Assembly: GCA_973895155.1 (NCBI GenBank)
Contig: OZ316895.1
Location: 24,078,281-24,142,280 of the forward strand
Source: Marsupella aquatica
Taxonomy: Eukaryota > Plantae > Marchantiophyta
Reading direction: 5' to 3'
Length of the DNA stretch: 64,000 bases
Position 1 is the stretch's first letter, and the number at the start of each line of letters is the position of its first letter. Positions 10,634 through 23,033 of this stretch are shown here, piece by piece. Under the pieces are notes generated by a model, which saw only the letters and a list, made by a program, of their open reading frames with translations, had not been told where the DNA came from and made no database searches. A program made the position numbers and the translations under genes.

Positions 10634-11769
10634 TTAACAAGTTGTTCAAGTGTGGTTCCTTCAGGTAGTTTGCAATGCTCCCTCAGAATTGTTTGTCCAA
10701 TATAATGGTAATCAGTATTGGCTTCTATAAAAGAAGGGTGTTCAACCTGAAAACAATAAATATTTTTGTGGAAGCACATTCATTTGTGCTTCCATTGATT
10801 GGATAACTTTCACCACATCAACCTCCTATCAAAACCACAAGAAAGCTTCACTGGCCAACTTGATGGCTCTGAGGCCACCAGCAGACATAACCCGTTCTCC
10901 ACTTTAAATTTGTATATGAAAATATTTTTCTTATCAAGGCATAAACCCTTTCTTCCAGTGTGCCCCTACAGTTCTTTTACATATTGTCAATATGTATTTC
11001 TTTCGACAAATGTCAGTAAATTCACTGTGTTGAATTGCAGGCTACTCAGAACATATATAACACTCTGCCAAAGAGCAAAATCTGGAGGCAAGATCCAAAT
11101 AGCAGAATTCATAATTAAGGGTACTAATCACAAGGAACAAATTGGAATATAACCCTGCAAGTGTTCACTGACAAGTTTCCATTTCCGGAGTGAGTTGTGT
11201 GGGACGATAACAAGGGAATCCCAATGGTACACCACTCGATATCTATTCAGTCCTTCACAATTTCTCCTATCCTTCATCTTCAACGACCAGTTTAGCGTGA
11301 CTACTGCACAATCTCACATATCCTGACGTCGTTCCCACACTACTTGAAAACCATCACCTCGATGATGCTCAAATCCAGAGATCTTTCAGTGATGTATCGA
11401 AAAGAATGCTTCCAAATGTGCAGTTGGTTTCAATTTCTATTCTGTCGACCAAACCGTGCAATGCAGGAAAGTGAGAATACAGAAAATGCAGAGTGGTAAA
11501 TGGCTAGTAAGAGTGATTGGGAGACAAACTCTCTTCAATTACGTGTATTAGTGACGGCGTCCATTCTGAATTTGAACAATTGATAATCGTGAAAACATCA
11601 ATTGGAGATTTTTCTGGGTCCTTGTATTTGTGAACACTTCTAAAACTCTTAAAAAAGATTAGCAATATCAGCTAAGGTTGGAGAAAGTCTACTGATTCTT
11701 TGCAGGTTTCTTCGTCAGGAACATTGGGCGTCTGAAAGATCTCTGTTCTCATGTCGATCATGAGAACAA

Positions 11770-11854
11770 TTACAATACGTTCCAAAGCACTGTGGATCCC
11801 ATCTGTGGATCCCATCTGTGGATCCCATCGACAGTGCTTTGGAACGTATTGTAA
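11770..11854. repeat. Perfect 24-bp inverted repeat enclosing 3 x 13-bp tandem repeat
   Basis: TTACAATACGTTCCAAAGCACTGT (11770-11793) pairs with ACAGTGCTTTGGAACGTATTGTAA (11831-11854). CTGTGGATCCCAT occurs at 11790, 11803 and 11816. Confidence 0.95.
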
Positions 11855-14619
11855 CTTGGAAGGCTCATGTTTTCAAACATTTCGCAGTGTCATTATCGAT
11901 TTCAGAGAGCAAAGGCACGAGCTCCGAGGCCTTTTCATACTGAACTAGAGCTTGAGAATTGCCAATGAAGATGCAAACAACCAAAGTAGAAACGAAAATT
12001 GAATACCATAGAAAAAGAAAAACTTGGGAGAATTGATATTAAATAGAAAAAACCTTCAGACAATATACAAGACATGTGTACTCTGGCAGTTTCAACGAAT
12101 ATAATGTCATCTAAACCGAGTGAAATGGAATTCTGCCTCCGTAAATTTGCTCCTCTGCTCCTCTGGGTTCTTGATTTTATTTATCGTTAAGACTTTTCTG
12201 GGCTGGAAGTTGATGGATCCCAACGTTGAGAGAGCATCGATAGCATCATGCCGATGTTGACACAAAGGCCTTGAATCCATTATCGATTTACTCAGAACGA
12301 AAAACTTAAAATTGAACCTAAAAAGTAAATTAGAAAACTGATGAGAGTGCCACCTAAGGAGCATCGGTCTATATCGTTCTCTTTCTTGGTCCAGCCACAT
12401 CGTTTGTTTGGAATGTGTTGTGCCCTGTCCTGAGTATTTTCAGTTGGATTTTCGTCTGTAATCTACCGACCTTTTAAAAAACACTCGCTTTTGGAACAAG
12501 GAATGACCATTGTTCTTGCGTCAATGACAAGGAAGTTTCAATACCGTACCGTGGACGTCATGGCTGGGTGACCTTGATGCACTACCGTGGAAACTCATGA
12601 AGAGACTCCAGCAGTCCATTACCTCCGAGCAGACTTTCGGTTGACTAGATGAACACCTTGTCCACACTTTTGACACCCTCCAAATTGAAATGGCGCTTGA
12701 CTGGCATGCAAGACCAGGAGATTTCCATACCTTGGTCACTATCATCTGTCATTTTTTCTCACTACTGTAGGTGGGCACCTTACACACACATGTTGCTTAG
12801 GTAGACCAGGCCTTCACTGCTCGGCAACGACAGTGGCGTGTCTACCTGGAGACAGCAACTTGTTCTATGGGACTTTCAGTCCTTCATTAATTGGTTGCAA
12901 ATTCCACCTCCGTTCCAATAACTTGCCTGACCATTTTATCTCACAATTGGCAAAGTATGTTGAATTTGGAATTGTGAGGAAGGTTTCGCATATCGATAAG
13001 AAATTTTCTTAACCTCCCAGTGACGTCTTCAATGTCCCGAGAGGTTCATTGAACATCACTGAATGACCTTAGAAACAAAATTACTAGGGCACGATGAAAG
13101 TAACTGACAAGCTAGAAGCGTCATCGTGACTTACAACGTGGGATTTGCAAGTGTGCTGCAGTCGGAGTCAGTACAGGCAGTGATGCAATCTCCAACTGTT
13201 ATACGTCCATGAAAGAATCTATAACTGTGAATTTGTCACACGTGTCCTTGCGACAGTCAACCCGTTGTCAGCGTGTTTAGCAGCCGGATCGAAAGAAGCT
13301 TCAAACGATTTGGTTACGGCTTCGTCACAATAAATGTTTTGATCAATCCAAATAGACACCTATGCGCTGTGCAACGACCAAACGATCACTTATGACATTG
13401 CTGGTTTTGAGCTACCGCCCCTCCTCACAGTGAAAGATCCCTCCATAATTCCGATAAATGTAGTCCAATCAGTGTAGTACGTCGCAATACGTCTGATGAG
13501 AAATGTGCGCTTGAACTGCATGCAAGAAGATGCTTATAGCTCGGTCAGTATCATCTTAGGAAGCCAGACCAATTCTCGGCAGGAGGGCAGACAGCATACT
13601 CAGGATTGACACCTTGAGTACATGGAATAGCACGTCTTCATTACCTGAACAAACCAGTTTTACTGTAAAGTTTTCATGCGATTGCAGAGTTCACCTCCAT
13701 CTCCACGAAGTTTCAGTTGATATTTTATGCAAACAATTGGCAGGTGTCCTAACTTCCATTTCTGAGGACGCTTACAAGGAGTTAACAAGGTATCAAATTG
13801 AGAATCAACTCTTAACTGCTAGTGGCCTCTTCAAACTCGATAGCGATTTAATAGATAAGCGATACGATCTGTTAAAATCCTCGTCACTGTCAATACCCCA
13901 CGACTGGAGCAAAACTTTGAACTGGCACAGGTAAGACGAGATAAGACAACTTTCAGTGAACTGTCAAGAAGACCATCATTTCAGTCGACCAATATCAGTT
14001 TACTGGGCTTCTCAAATAGTTAGTCGGGGAAGTGATGGTCTCTGTCGTGGAAGAGATGATCTCTTCAACCTAAATATGTTATATGTGCAAACCAGGCCAA
14101 AACACAAACTGTCCAGAAGGTGACTGCTCGAGCTATTGCGGAAATGACAGACAGTGTTTCAGCGGGTAATTCAAGCAGACACGGAAATGACAGCGTACTT
14201 CAGCAGACATGTGTACTAGTCAGAATTGAAGGGATACTGCATGACAAAACTATGTCACAAGATATGTCAATCGAAGCAAGGTGGAAAGGAGGTTGGACCA
14301 ATGCTAAACTGGCAGTAGTGGTGGTCAACTAGCAAAAGTTGATCGAACTGACCTTTTGCTCAAATAAAACAAATCTAGAGTAAAGATTGCAACGAAATTA
14401 ACCTCCTCAGCAGTTTGATGGAGAAGCCGATTGAACATCGACGATCTGAGAAGCAAGATTGTCTTTTCGTTTTCTACGGCAAGACAACCAAAGTGACGAA
14501 AAGCAACATGCTTGAAGCGTCGTCGAGACGATCAAAATGCGATTGCAGTAGTGCTGCAGTCGGCATTAGCACCGGTACTGTAGTGATGCACTCGACAAAT
14601 AGTGCACACGTGACCATTC

Positions 14620-15270
14620 TACAGCACTGTGCGAATTGTGAACGAAGCGAAGAGCACTGCTCGATGAAATCCGTAAACTACTCGATGAAATCTCGTGCTC
14701 GGGTGTAGCACAAACGGAAATGCCACTGATTAAACCTCCCTTGAAGACATGGGGTTTTTGCAAAGAATTCTTCAGCGAGCCGATCCGTGTACAGATCATC
14801 GAGTGATGACTACAACACTGATGAGAAGAGCCCAGAAGCCAATCGAGTATTATATGTAAACTGCTCAATTAAATATTGTGCTCGGGTGAATTGGCACGAA
14901 CGGAAATACTGCTCTTTGCAAGAAATTGGGGGTTTTTGCAAAAGATTTCGTCAGCAATGCGATGGATACTATCCGTAAACTGCTCGATGAAATCTCGTGC
15001 TTGGGTGTTAGCACAAACGGAAACTGATTAAATCTCTCTTGAAGACATGGGGGTTTTTGCAAAGAATTCTTCAGCGAGCCGATCCGCGTACAGATCATCG
15101 AGTGATGACTACAACACTGATGAGAAGAGAGAGCCCAGAAGCCAATCCAGTATTATATGTAAACTGCTCAATTAAATCCTGTGCTCGGGTGAATTGGCAC
15201 CACCGCAAACGCGCTGCTCTTTGCAAGAAATTGGGGGTTTTGCAAAGATTTCGTGAGCAATGCGATATGG
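14620..15270 (+). pseudogene. Degenerate zf-MYND-like Cys/His finger, tandemly amplified (302-bp unit x2, each with two related subunits)
   Basis: Units start at 14669 and 14971. Translations HCANCER.., VNCSIKYCARVNWHERKYC and VNCSIKSCARVNWHHRK..LC resemble MYND C-x2-C...YCS-x2-C-x4-W-x2-H-x3-C. Stops and frameshifts are present. Confidence 0.4.
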
Positions 15271-15331
15271 AGATAATCGTTAGAAGCGTTTTCATGTAGA
15301 GATTAACATTTTAGTCAACTACACTAAAAGA

Positions 15332-15404
15332 TTCCGTAACCGGGACTCGAACCCGGGTCGCCTGGGTGAAAGCCAGGTATCCTAACCATCTAGACTATTA
15401 CGGA
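15332..15404 (-). tRNA. trnE-UUC: tRNA-Glu (anticodon TTC), nuclear type
   Basis: The minus strand reads TCCGTAA..TTACGGA+A (acceptor), CCTGG-CTTTCAC-CCAGG (anticodon arm) and GGTTCGAGTCC (B box). TTTT just downstream is a likely Pol III terminator. No encoded CCA. Confidence 0.96.
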
Positions 15405-15933
15405 AGTTATCAGCATTCGAATGCTGAATATATCTAAATAAATGCAAGGTCAGTTAAAAAAAAGAGCTTAGCTGAACCTCATGATAGAATAATTAGAACG
15501 AAGCTAAGCTCGAAATAAAGCAGTTCAAAGCGGGGAGTATTGAACTTGAAGTACATTATAGCCCTCTTCACATTTAGTTGAACTATTTTTATTGTTGAGA
15601 ATAGCTAAATATATTAAATGACTAGCTCAATACCCCTTGGGTTGCCCCCGCCTGCTGTTTGCATCCTTTGAGGAGCCCTTTTTGGTGGAAAAGAAACTAG
15701 CTCAATACCTGTGGGTTATACAGAAGATGTTATTGCACAAGAGATTTTGATGAGCAAAAGAAGTTGTTGCAAAAGTGTATAGGGGTCTTTGCAGAGAAGA
15801 TGTCATTTGTGTAAAAGATGTTTGCAAAGAATATGCCCTTGCGCAAAGATGAAGTTGTGGAAAGACAAGGATGTCACTAGAGACATAATTAGAACTTGAT
15901 TATGTTTTATTAATTTCCGGTGCCTAGTTTACT

Positions 15934-17074
15934 GAGCTTAAAGCCCAGATGGACTGGCAGGTTGTCCATGAAGCCCCATAGATAAATGAAACTTGGATGG
16001 ACTAGGCTAAAACATATAAATATGCATGGATACTAACCTTTACTTTTCTGTCCATACAAAACAGTGTCAATGACCTAAGCATCACTTCTGTCCAAAGAAT
16101 TTCCCTGTCACTTACTGTGTCATCACTCATGTCTTAAAGATATTTTGTCAGAGGCCAGAGGCACTTTAATTGAAGGCTTCGCTCCATTCCCGAATAGAGT
16201 TCAATAAAAATATAAAGTATATTTAGGTCCTTATATAAATACTTGATTTGGCCTCTATGGTTTATGAAACTTTGAGTATGAGTGCTTCACATTTTACTCA
16301 TAGTGCCTCAAGTAATTTTCTCAATGGTAAAATACTTAATTTACTCAAAAATATATTTTAATGTTAATAAGCCCCGTTAAAAGGGAAGCAAGTAACACAG
16401 TGACTCATTAACCAAAGGAACAATTCTCACCAAGCAGGCTATGGGGAAAATCTAATGCCCAGATAACCTCAATTTTTACAATGGATTCATATTTTTCTAC
16501 ACATTTTTTAAAGATTCTAGGGCATTGACACTTTGCGGAATGACTACTACTTTCAGAAATGTTTTTACATAATCTTGTATTTGATATAACATTGCTCTTG
16601 TTACCGGGATTGAAGAAAGTTTTTCATTGTGCAGGCAAAGGAAATTTTAATTTGCATAAGCAGTTGCTGAATACTATTTTTGACATACCATTGTTCTTCT
16701 TGTAAATAATGTTTTGACTAATTTATTGCTATAGTGCTACTTGGGATCTTTTGGGGAGTATTGTTAATGAATCCTATTTTTTAGAGAGCGTTGCTCTCGT
16801 TACAAGGATCTCTTCGAGTACTTTGCCGCGACGGAGATACAGAAGATTTTAAATGTGTGTTTTCATTCCATTTCATTGACATTTTCAAATTGACTTTGAG
16901 GTGAGCACATAATGTTCTTAGAGGAACAGAAATGTAGGTAAACAATTAATGAGAGAGTTTACCATCCATTTATAGTTGGGCTGACTCATAGTTAGGTGTA
17001 AAATGGTCTGTCCTGTGTCACAGTCCATGGGGATAGATGGGGACAATGTATCAGTCCATCCGGGCTTTTGTTTC
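15934..17074. mobile_element. Non-autonomous Mutator-like element (MULE)
   Basis: Perfect 10-bp TSD CTAGTTTACT at 15924-15933 and 17075-17084. G...C termini with imperfect TIR (AAAGCCCAGATGGACTG / CAGTCCATCCGGGCTTT). AT-rich non-coding interior. Confidence 0.8.
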
Positions 17075-17852
17075 CTAGTTTACTATTGGTCACTTAGATT
17101 CTTTTATATTGGCACCCTAAAAAAGTTACCCTTCTCTTTCCCCAAGGTTTAAAAAAGGGCACACCACACACCAACCAGGAAAATAAGAATTTGACCTCCT
17201 CAAAAACTAAATAATAGCAAACCCCCAAGAAACTGCTTCCCCACCTCCTGCAAAAATGGAACGAGTTAAAACCATTCTAAAAATGGGAAATTTTATTCAA
17301 AAATGGGAAAAATACTGCCTTGCTCATCCTTCTTTCTCTCCCCCTAGTTGTTATACCCATATACCCACAAACGATGAGTGTAGGCTGTCAGTGAACATGT
17401 ATACCTTGCACTTTCTTGTCCTACACGTATCCATGTGAATTGTATTCATTGCACTTTGGAAGCATATTATTGTACAGTTGCCTAAGTTTATAGTGTATCA
17501 TATTTTCAAATAATTCCATGGCCCAAGAAACTGAGTGACTAAATACAAAGATTATCATAGATTCCATCCAAAAGTTAGTTTGCAAACTGACGAAGGATCC
17601 TTTTGGCGGAATTTGATATTATAGTGGTTGATGATAGTAGTTACCATTCATGACCTACCCCACATAGTGATACCATGGGGACTAATTTCTCTTGAAACAG
17701 AAAAATATGATGTTTAGACTATGCATGTGAGTGAGGACTAGCAAGGGGAGTCTGGGCTTGGGAAGCAGTTACTCTGAGTACGCATTGGTTTTTGGGCAGT
17801 CTTACTATAAAAACATGAAGAAAAACTCATAAGTGCTATGGTCTAGAGTTAA

Positions 17853-18200
17853 GGGCCGTCTTGCATGTGCACGGTCCCTAAAAACTTGGCTCTTTCATTC
17901 ACTCATGTCACCTTATCATTGAGCCAGTGCTTCATGCCGGACCCATCTCCTGAGGCAGGCCTGACGGCAACATTTGAGGAAATCTAAAGGCAAGGGCCAC
18001 AACTTTTCTAGCACTTCCCTTCAAGACCTTCAAATTTCATAACAAACAAAGTATTTTACTTTATAAGAACAAATCAACACATCATTTACAGAGATTTTGT
18101 GGACAAACAAAATCTACTTTTTCCCTGCATGTTTGGGAATGTGCATGTTCAGGAATGTAGAGGGCTGGAATTTCAAGGACCATCACATGCAAGACAGCCC
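17853..18200. mobile_element. Tourist/PIF-Harbinger-like MITE (copy 1)
   Basis: TIR GGGCCGTCTTGCATGTG / CACATGCAAGACAGCCC. TAA on both sides (17850-17852, 18201-18203). Confidence 0.85.
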
Positions 18201-18210
18201 TAAACTTTTA

Positions 18211-18548
18211 GGGCTGTCTTGCATGTGCAAGAGTCCTGAAAAATGCAACCCTTAGCAGCCCACAGATGTCGGGAAAAAGTGTGGACCCAGGATCTAAACA
18301 CAATCAAGAACACCTTATGTGTGAAGTGCTTATTGAGTCGGGGATCTACTGCTATTTTGTTTTATTCAAAGTTCAAAGTCCTGGACCTCAAGGGCCGGAA
18401 AATTTCCGGCCCTTGCCCTTGCATATCCTCCAAAGACGCCATTAGGACTGCCGGCTTGTCGCTTCCTTTAGAGATGCCACGGGTTTATTTGAGGGCCAAA
18501 TTATTTGAGGGCCAAAAATCAAAGGACCTTGCACATGCAAGATGGCCC
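18211..18548. mobile_element. Tourist/PIF-Harbinger-like MITE (copy 2, inverted relative to copy 1)
   Basis: TIR GGGCTGTCTTGCATGTGCAAG / CTTGCACATGCAAGATGGCCC. TTA on both sides (18208-18210, 18549-18551). Confidence 0.85.
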
Positions 18549-19976
18549 TTAGACTTGAGTCAAGCTAGGCAGGGGCAGAAACCTACTGTCTATATGGTGG
18601 GGTTGGGAATTGAAGCCAATTCGTTTTGTTCTTATCAATTACTGGGCATAGGCTAGTTGGATAAGTCTACAGAGAAATGAAGAGTCATTTTGGAGTTAAC
18701 TTTCTGGGTCCATCATCTTCGATTGCACTTTCATGGCAATTGCAATGCACTATGATTCTTTCAATTTAGGACTATTTTGGTCTTATCGGTCTTGCATGCC
18801 TCGATGCCTCCTCCATCCATGGACTTCATTGCCAAAGACTGGGAGGCTGATTGGCAATTCACATCTGCACTGCAGTTCCCAGCCGCTGAAACGTGAGCTG
18901 ATTTGAGGGTTCTTTCCATCCCATTTCCATTGCCCAGCACCAAAAAGATGACTTGAAGCATGCCCGTAGGCAATTGTGAGGGACGGAAATTTCAAGCCAC
19001 TGATTCTTGTGATAGAATTTCTTGCACCCAAGAATAAATGTTGGGAGTACCTGCCAATTTCATTCCAGCGAGCATCAATTTGTCAAAGATGTATCCATTA
19101 GAGAGACCAGCTGCCAGTCGATTAGAAAAATGTGGTATGGGTTCAGGGATCGAATGTGAGAGCTCAATAATCAACGGGTTGACTCGAGACATCTGTTTCG
19201 ACAAATTAGGGTTCCGTTCAATCCTGTGGTGCGAAACGAAGATCCTCTCTGAGCACCATCCAGAATCTGATATCCACAACCCTCCAGATCGGATTTCGTA
19301 TGTACCTGCGACTTCCATTGTCTTCCATGTTCTGCATCATCTTTATGTAAACAAAAAGAAACGATTTTTATTACTGTGTGGTCCGAATTAAACCGAAAAA
19401 GAGGACTAGTGGCTTCGATGTCACTCTTCGAATCACTATTTCCAAGTGGAGCCTCATTTCCAAGTGGAGCCTCGTTGAATTGGTTGTCACTGCCGCCTTC
19501 GTCTCCACGTGACGTGAAACTTGTAACTCGGGGTGCTGATGCCCGCTCCAGCAAGGTAAGAATTTCCGGTCAAGTGCTTAATACCCCGTATCTGGGACAC
19601 AACTCAACTAGACATACCATGTTTGGCTTGTAGACCCTTTGTCGTGTCGACCCGGCACAAACTTTCGACGAGTGTTTGGCGTAAGCTTCCAGGTTAATAA
19701 TATAGTGATTTCATAAGTACAATGGATCCCACATATTCCATTGCCCTGTTTCTTAGTGCTCTGTTCCAACCAAAACAGAACGCATGGTGAACTAGGGGTT
19801 TAGACGTCTAGGTGGCATGAACCTTCCATCAGCACTGACCGAGAAGCTGTTACGACAGCTGCTTAGACAAGCTGCGATTAAGATATACTTCGTATTCCAT
19901 AGTTGCGTCACGCGCATCAATTATGACAGCACAACGTATCAAGACATGGGCACTCCAGTTGCGAATGGGAGATCTA

Positions 19977-20129
19977 TCTAATATTCCAATGAAAGATTTA
20001 GTAATTTCGGTACTTCTGTTTCAAAAACTGGAACAGTATGACTATCGAGGTGCTGCTATCATTGCAAGTTTTGTTTTAATAATTTCTTTTGGTACACTTT
20101 TTTCAATTAATAAAATTCAATCATGGAAG
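19977..20129 (+). other. cysT: NUPT: fragment of plastid cysT (sulfate ABC transporter permease) 3' region
   Basis: An abruptly AT-rich segment translating SNIPMKDLVISVLLFQKLEQYDYRGAAIIASFVLIISFGTLFSINKIQSWK, recognisable as the C-terminus of liverwort-type plastid CysT. Confidence 0.8.
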
Positions 20130-21429
20130 GAGAACACGGCCGGGAACGAAGCCCTTTCAATGAGTTCACTTAGATTATGGTTCCATATACTGTCTTGCTT
20201 CCCCGTTTCGAGACGGAAAACTGGGGCAATTCAATCACTGATTACAGCATGAAACGAAATTTGACCTATAGTGCTGCAAATCTGGGGACCAGTTGGATCC
20301 AGAAAAATTGCCTCGTACTTTTTTCAGTAGGCATTCAATGTTCCAAAGCAGAGTTCAGAGCGAAAGTACCAGCTCTTCCCCTTAAAAAGCAATCATCACC
20401 CATTGAGATATATACTCTACACTGTGGCAGCATTCAATTTCATGCCACGAGGACGAGATCGCTCTCTCAAAAAAGAAGAAGTACAAAGAATATGAATAAT
20501 TTATAACTGTACATTAATTGTGCAAGATGAATCTGCAAAATTTTGTCACCGCGTCTACTTGATCATAAGACGGATAGCCTAAGTCCCAGTACAAACAAAT
20601 CTTTTAGGGAATTAGTAGATAGCCAGCTTCGTAGATTCTCTGAAAGAAATCCGAAATCTGTCGCTTCGAACAGTTTGCGCCAGATCTGCATAACTAAATT
20701 TCATATCCGAGATGCAGGTTTCCAGTGCCGCCGTGCAGAGGCATCATTCGCAAGGGCTCTAACATCACTCTATTAGCCCAATGAACATTATCGAGTTTTA
20801 ACTGTTTGAAGAGCTGTACAAGTCTACCGCTGTTCACTAATAACCATATAAACCGAATTGGATCAAACGTCTTGCTTCCAGTTGTTTTTCTGCACCGGCA
20901 ACTTGACCGGCTTCCGGTTTCGGTGGTAGGTGTTCCTTCCCCTTAAGATTGCGACCCCACGTAGTGATCCGTGACCAGCCCAACTGGGTAATCTATCTAA
21001 ATCATATATACACCTACTTGGTAATCTATATCTCCCAGCCTGAATCTGATACATGGTATGCACCTATTGCAACAATATCTAGTGAGCAACAGATCGCATG
21101 TTGCGAAACAGTTTGTGTGCCAATATATGACTCCTGCTCCAGATCGAGTATAACCAATTCCTAATGCCAAAATCATGGTCACGGAGTAAGGTGACTTAAA
21201 CAGGGATGGACGACCAAACCCGCTCGTTGTGACTCACTATCTTTGAATTGCGTAATTCTATCCTTAAAAAATTGTCCTCAAAAGACTCAGCTCAGTTTCG
21301 TGGTCGTTTTCCGATCCTAGTTGCCCGCGATCGAGGGAACCGAAGCTTGAACGCTCCCACCCAATGATCATGACGTTCATAAAATAATCGTGCTGTTAGG
21401 TTAAACAGCACAGTCGACCACCGCAGAAT

Positions 21430-23033
21430 CTACCACAAGCGAGACTTCTTGAATGCTGTCTTTGCTTCTCTCAGCACTTCGTCCGTGTCTGCAGTTCCTC
21501 GAACAGTCACACTCTGTTTCTCAAGATCGCATTTCACCGAGATGACCCCTGGGACCTTGAGTAGTCTTTTGACCACCCTCCTTTCGCAGCCTTCACAACA
21601 GATAGGTATCTTCAATAAGAGCGTCTGCAAGACAGTATCGCGAGTTGACGTTAGAGGATGAATCACCGACATGAGACCCGGTAAATTGCAGATTGCACAG
21701 GATTCAATGATCGCAAGCCAACAGGGCCCGTGCATCCCTAACTTATAAAGCACGTAAGTACAAGGCCAGCAACAAGGTCTAATTTCGTGGGTGCCGGAGA
21801 GAAGCAAACGTCGAGGATGCTCACAACAATAATTCGACCAATTTTTCTCATGGAAACTGAATGTCCAAAACTTAAATTGATACTAATGAACAAAACACTA
21901 TGTCCAACAAATTCTCTTCTTTAGCGATTCATTGGATATCACCAAGCATACGACAACCGACATAGACAAGAAAGACACGAGCTACCCCGAGTCTTTCTTA
22001 CTTGTGCACCTCAAAACAGACTCCTTCCTTCCCTGGAATTCCCAAAGACTAAGGAAGTGAAAACGATCGCTCTTCATTTAGAGAATTCTAGGGTGATTCG
22101 GGTCATCGAGCAACTTACGTAAGGAGTGTTAGGAGGAACCGAAGGCCGATCCACGACCGGCACCACAGGAGTGTGGCTGATGGGAGTTTTGCTAGGCACA
22201 GACACTGGAGCAGGTGGATGATTAGCGCTGTGGCTGATGGGAGTTTTGCTAGGCACATCCACTGGAGCGGGTGGGGAATCAGCGCTCCTGTGAGTCTCTG
22301 TTGCGGATGGAGGATTAGCGCTACTTTGAGTCTCTGTTGCCATGGGCGGCGGTGGTGGTGGTGCACTGTGATAGCTCGGCTGCCGCGCTGATCTCGACCG
22401 TGGCTCCACAGGAGCCTGCCTGTCGGGAGTTTCGCTGGGCACAACCTCTGGAGCGGGTGGGGGATTAGCGCTCCTGTGAGTCTCTGTTGCCATGGATGGC
22501 GGTGGTGATGGTGCATTGTAATAGCTCGGCTGCCGCGATGATCTCGACCGTGGCTCCACAGGAGTGTGGCTTATGGGAGTTCCTCTAGGCGGTCCCATTG
22601 GAGCGGGTGGGGGATTACCGCTTCTGTAAGTCTCAGGTGGTGCATTGTAATAGCTCGGCTGCCGCGATGATCTCGACCGGGGCTCCACAGGAGCGTGGCT
22701 GATGGGAGTTTCACCGGGCACAACCTCCGGAGCGGGTGGGGGATTACCGCTTCTGTAAGTCCCTGTTGCCATGGGCGGTGGTGGTGGTGGTGGTGGTGCA
22801 TTGTAATAGCTCGGCTGCCGCACTGATCTCGACCGTGGGGCGCTGTATTCGCCACGAGGAACAGAGCTGTAGTAAGGGTCCACGACGGGAGAATCGTAAT
22901 AGTCATCATGTGGATAGTGAGGATCCCGACTCCTCCTCGGCTCTCTATGCGCCGACCCCTGATAGTGATATTTCACTGGAGAGGGCGACGATCCATCCAA
23001 CAGCCAGACTGGTTGGTCTGTACCGTAGAACAT
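21430..23033 (-). CDS. Heavy-metal-associated plant protein (HPP): Pro-rich repeat N-terminus plus C-terminal HMA domain, ~369 aa; coding exons 23033-22119 and 21624-21430
   Basis: HMA motif LKIPICCEGCERRV..L....GV.SV..D.....VTV.G. A phase-0 intron (GTAAGT...TTGCAG) joins ..TPY to TLLLK... The ATG at 23033 directly follows an acceptor AG, implying a 5' UTR intron (candidate donor ~23612). No CaaX end. Confidence 0.85.

Noticed and set aside
14800-15140. CTGATGA/GTGATGA motifs in the 302-bp repeats as hammerhead ribozymes or C/D snoRNAs, or a tRNA-snoRNA dicistron with tRNA-Glu
   Set aside because: There is no stem II plus GAAA core and no properly spaced terminal D box. The tRNA is followed immediately by TTTT. 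A degenerate Cys-finger coding origin fits better.
18700-19560. Protein-like overlapping minus-strand ORFs
   Set aside because: Possibly a decayed gene, but no family could be recognised and the frames are broken.
20520-21100. Broken protein-like frame on the minus strand downstream of the HPP gene
   Set aside because: It has multiple stops and no identifiable motif.
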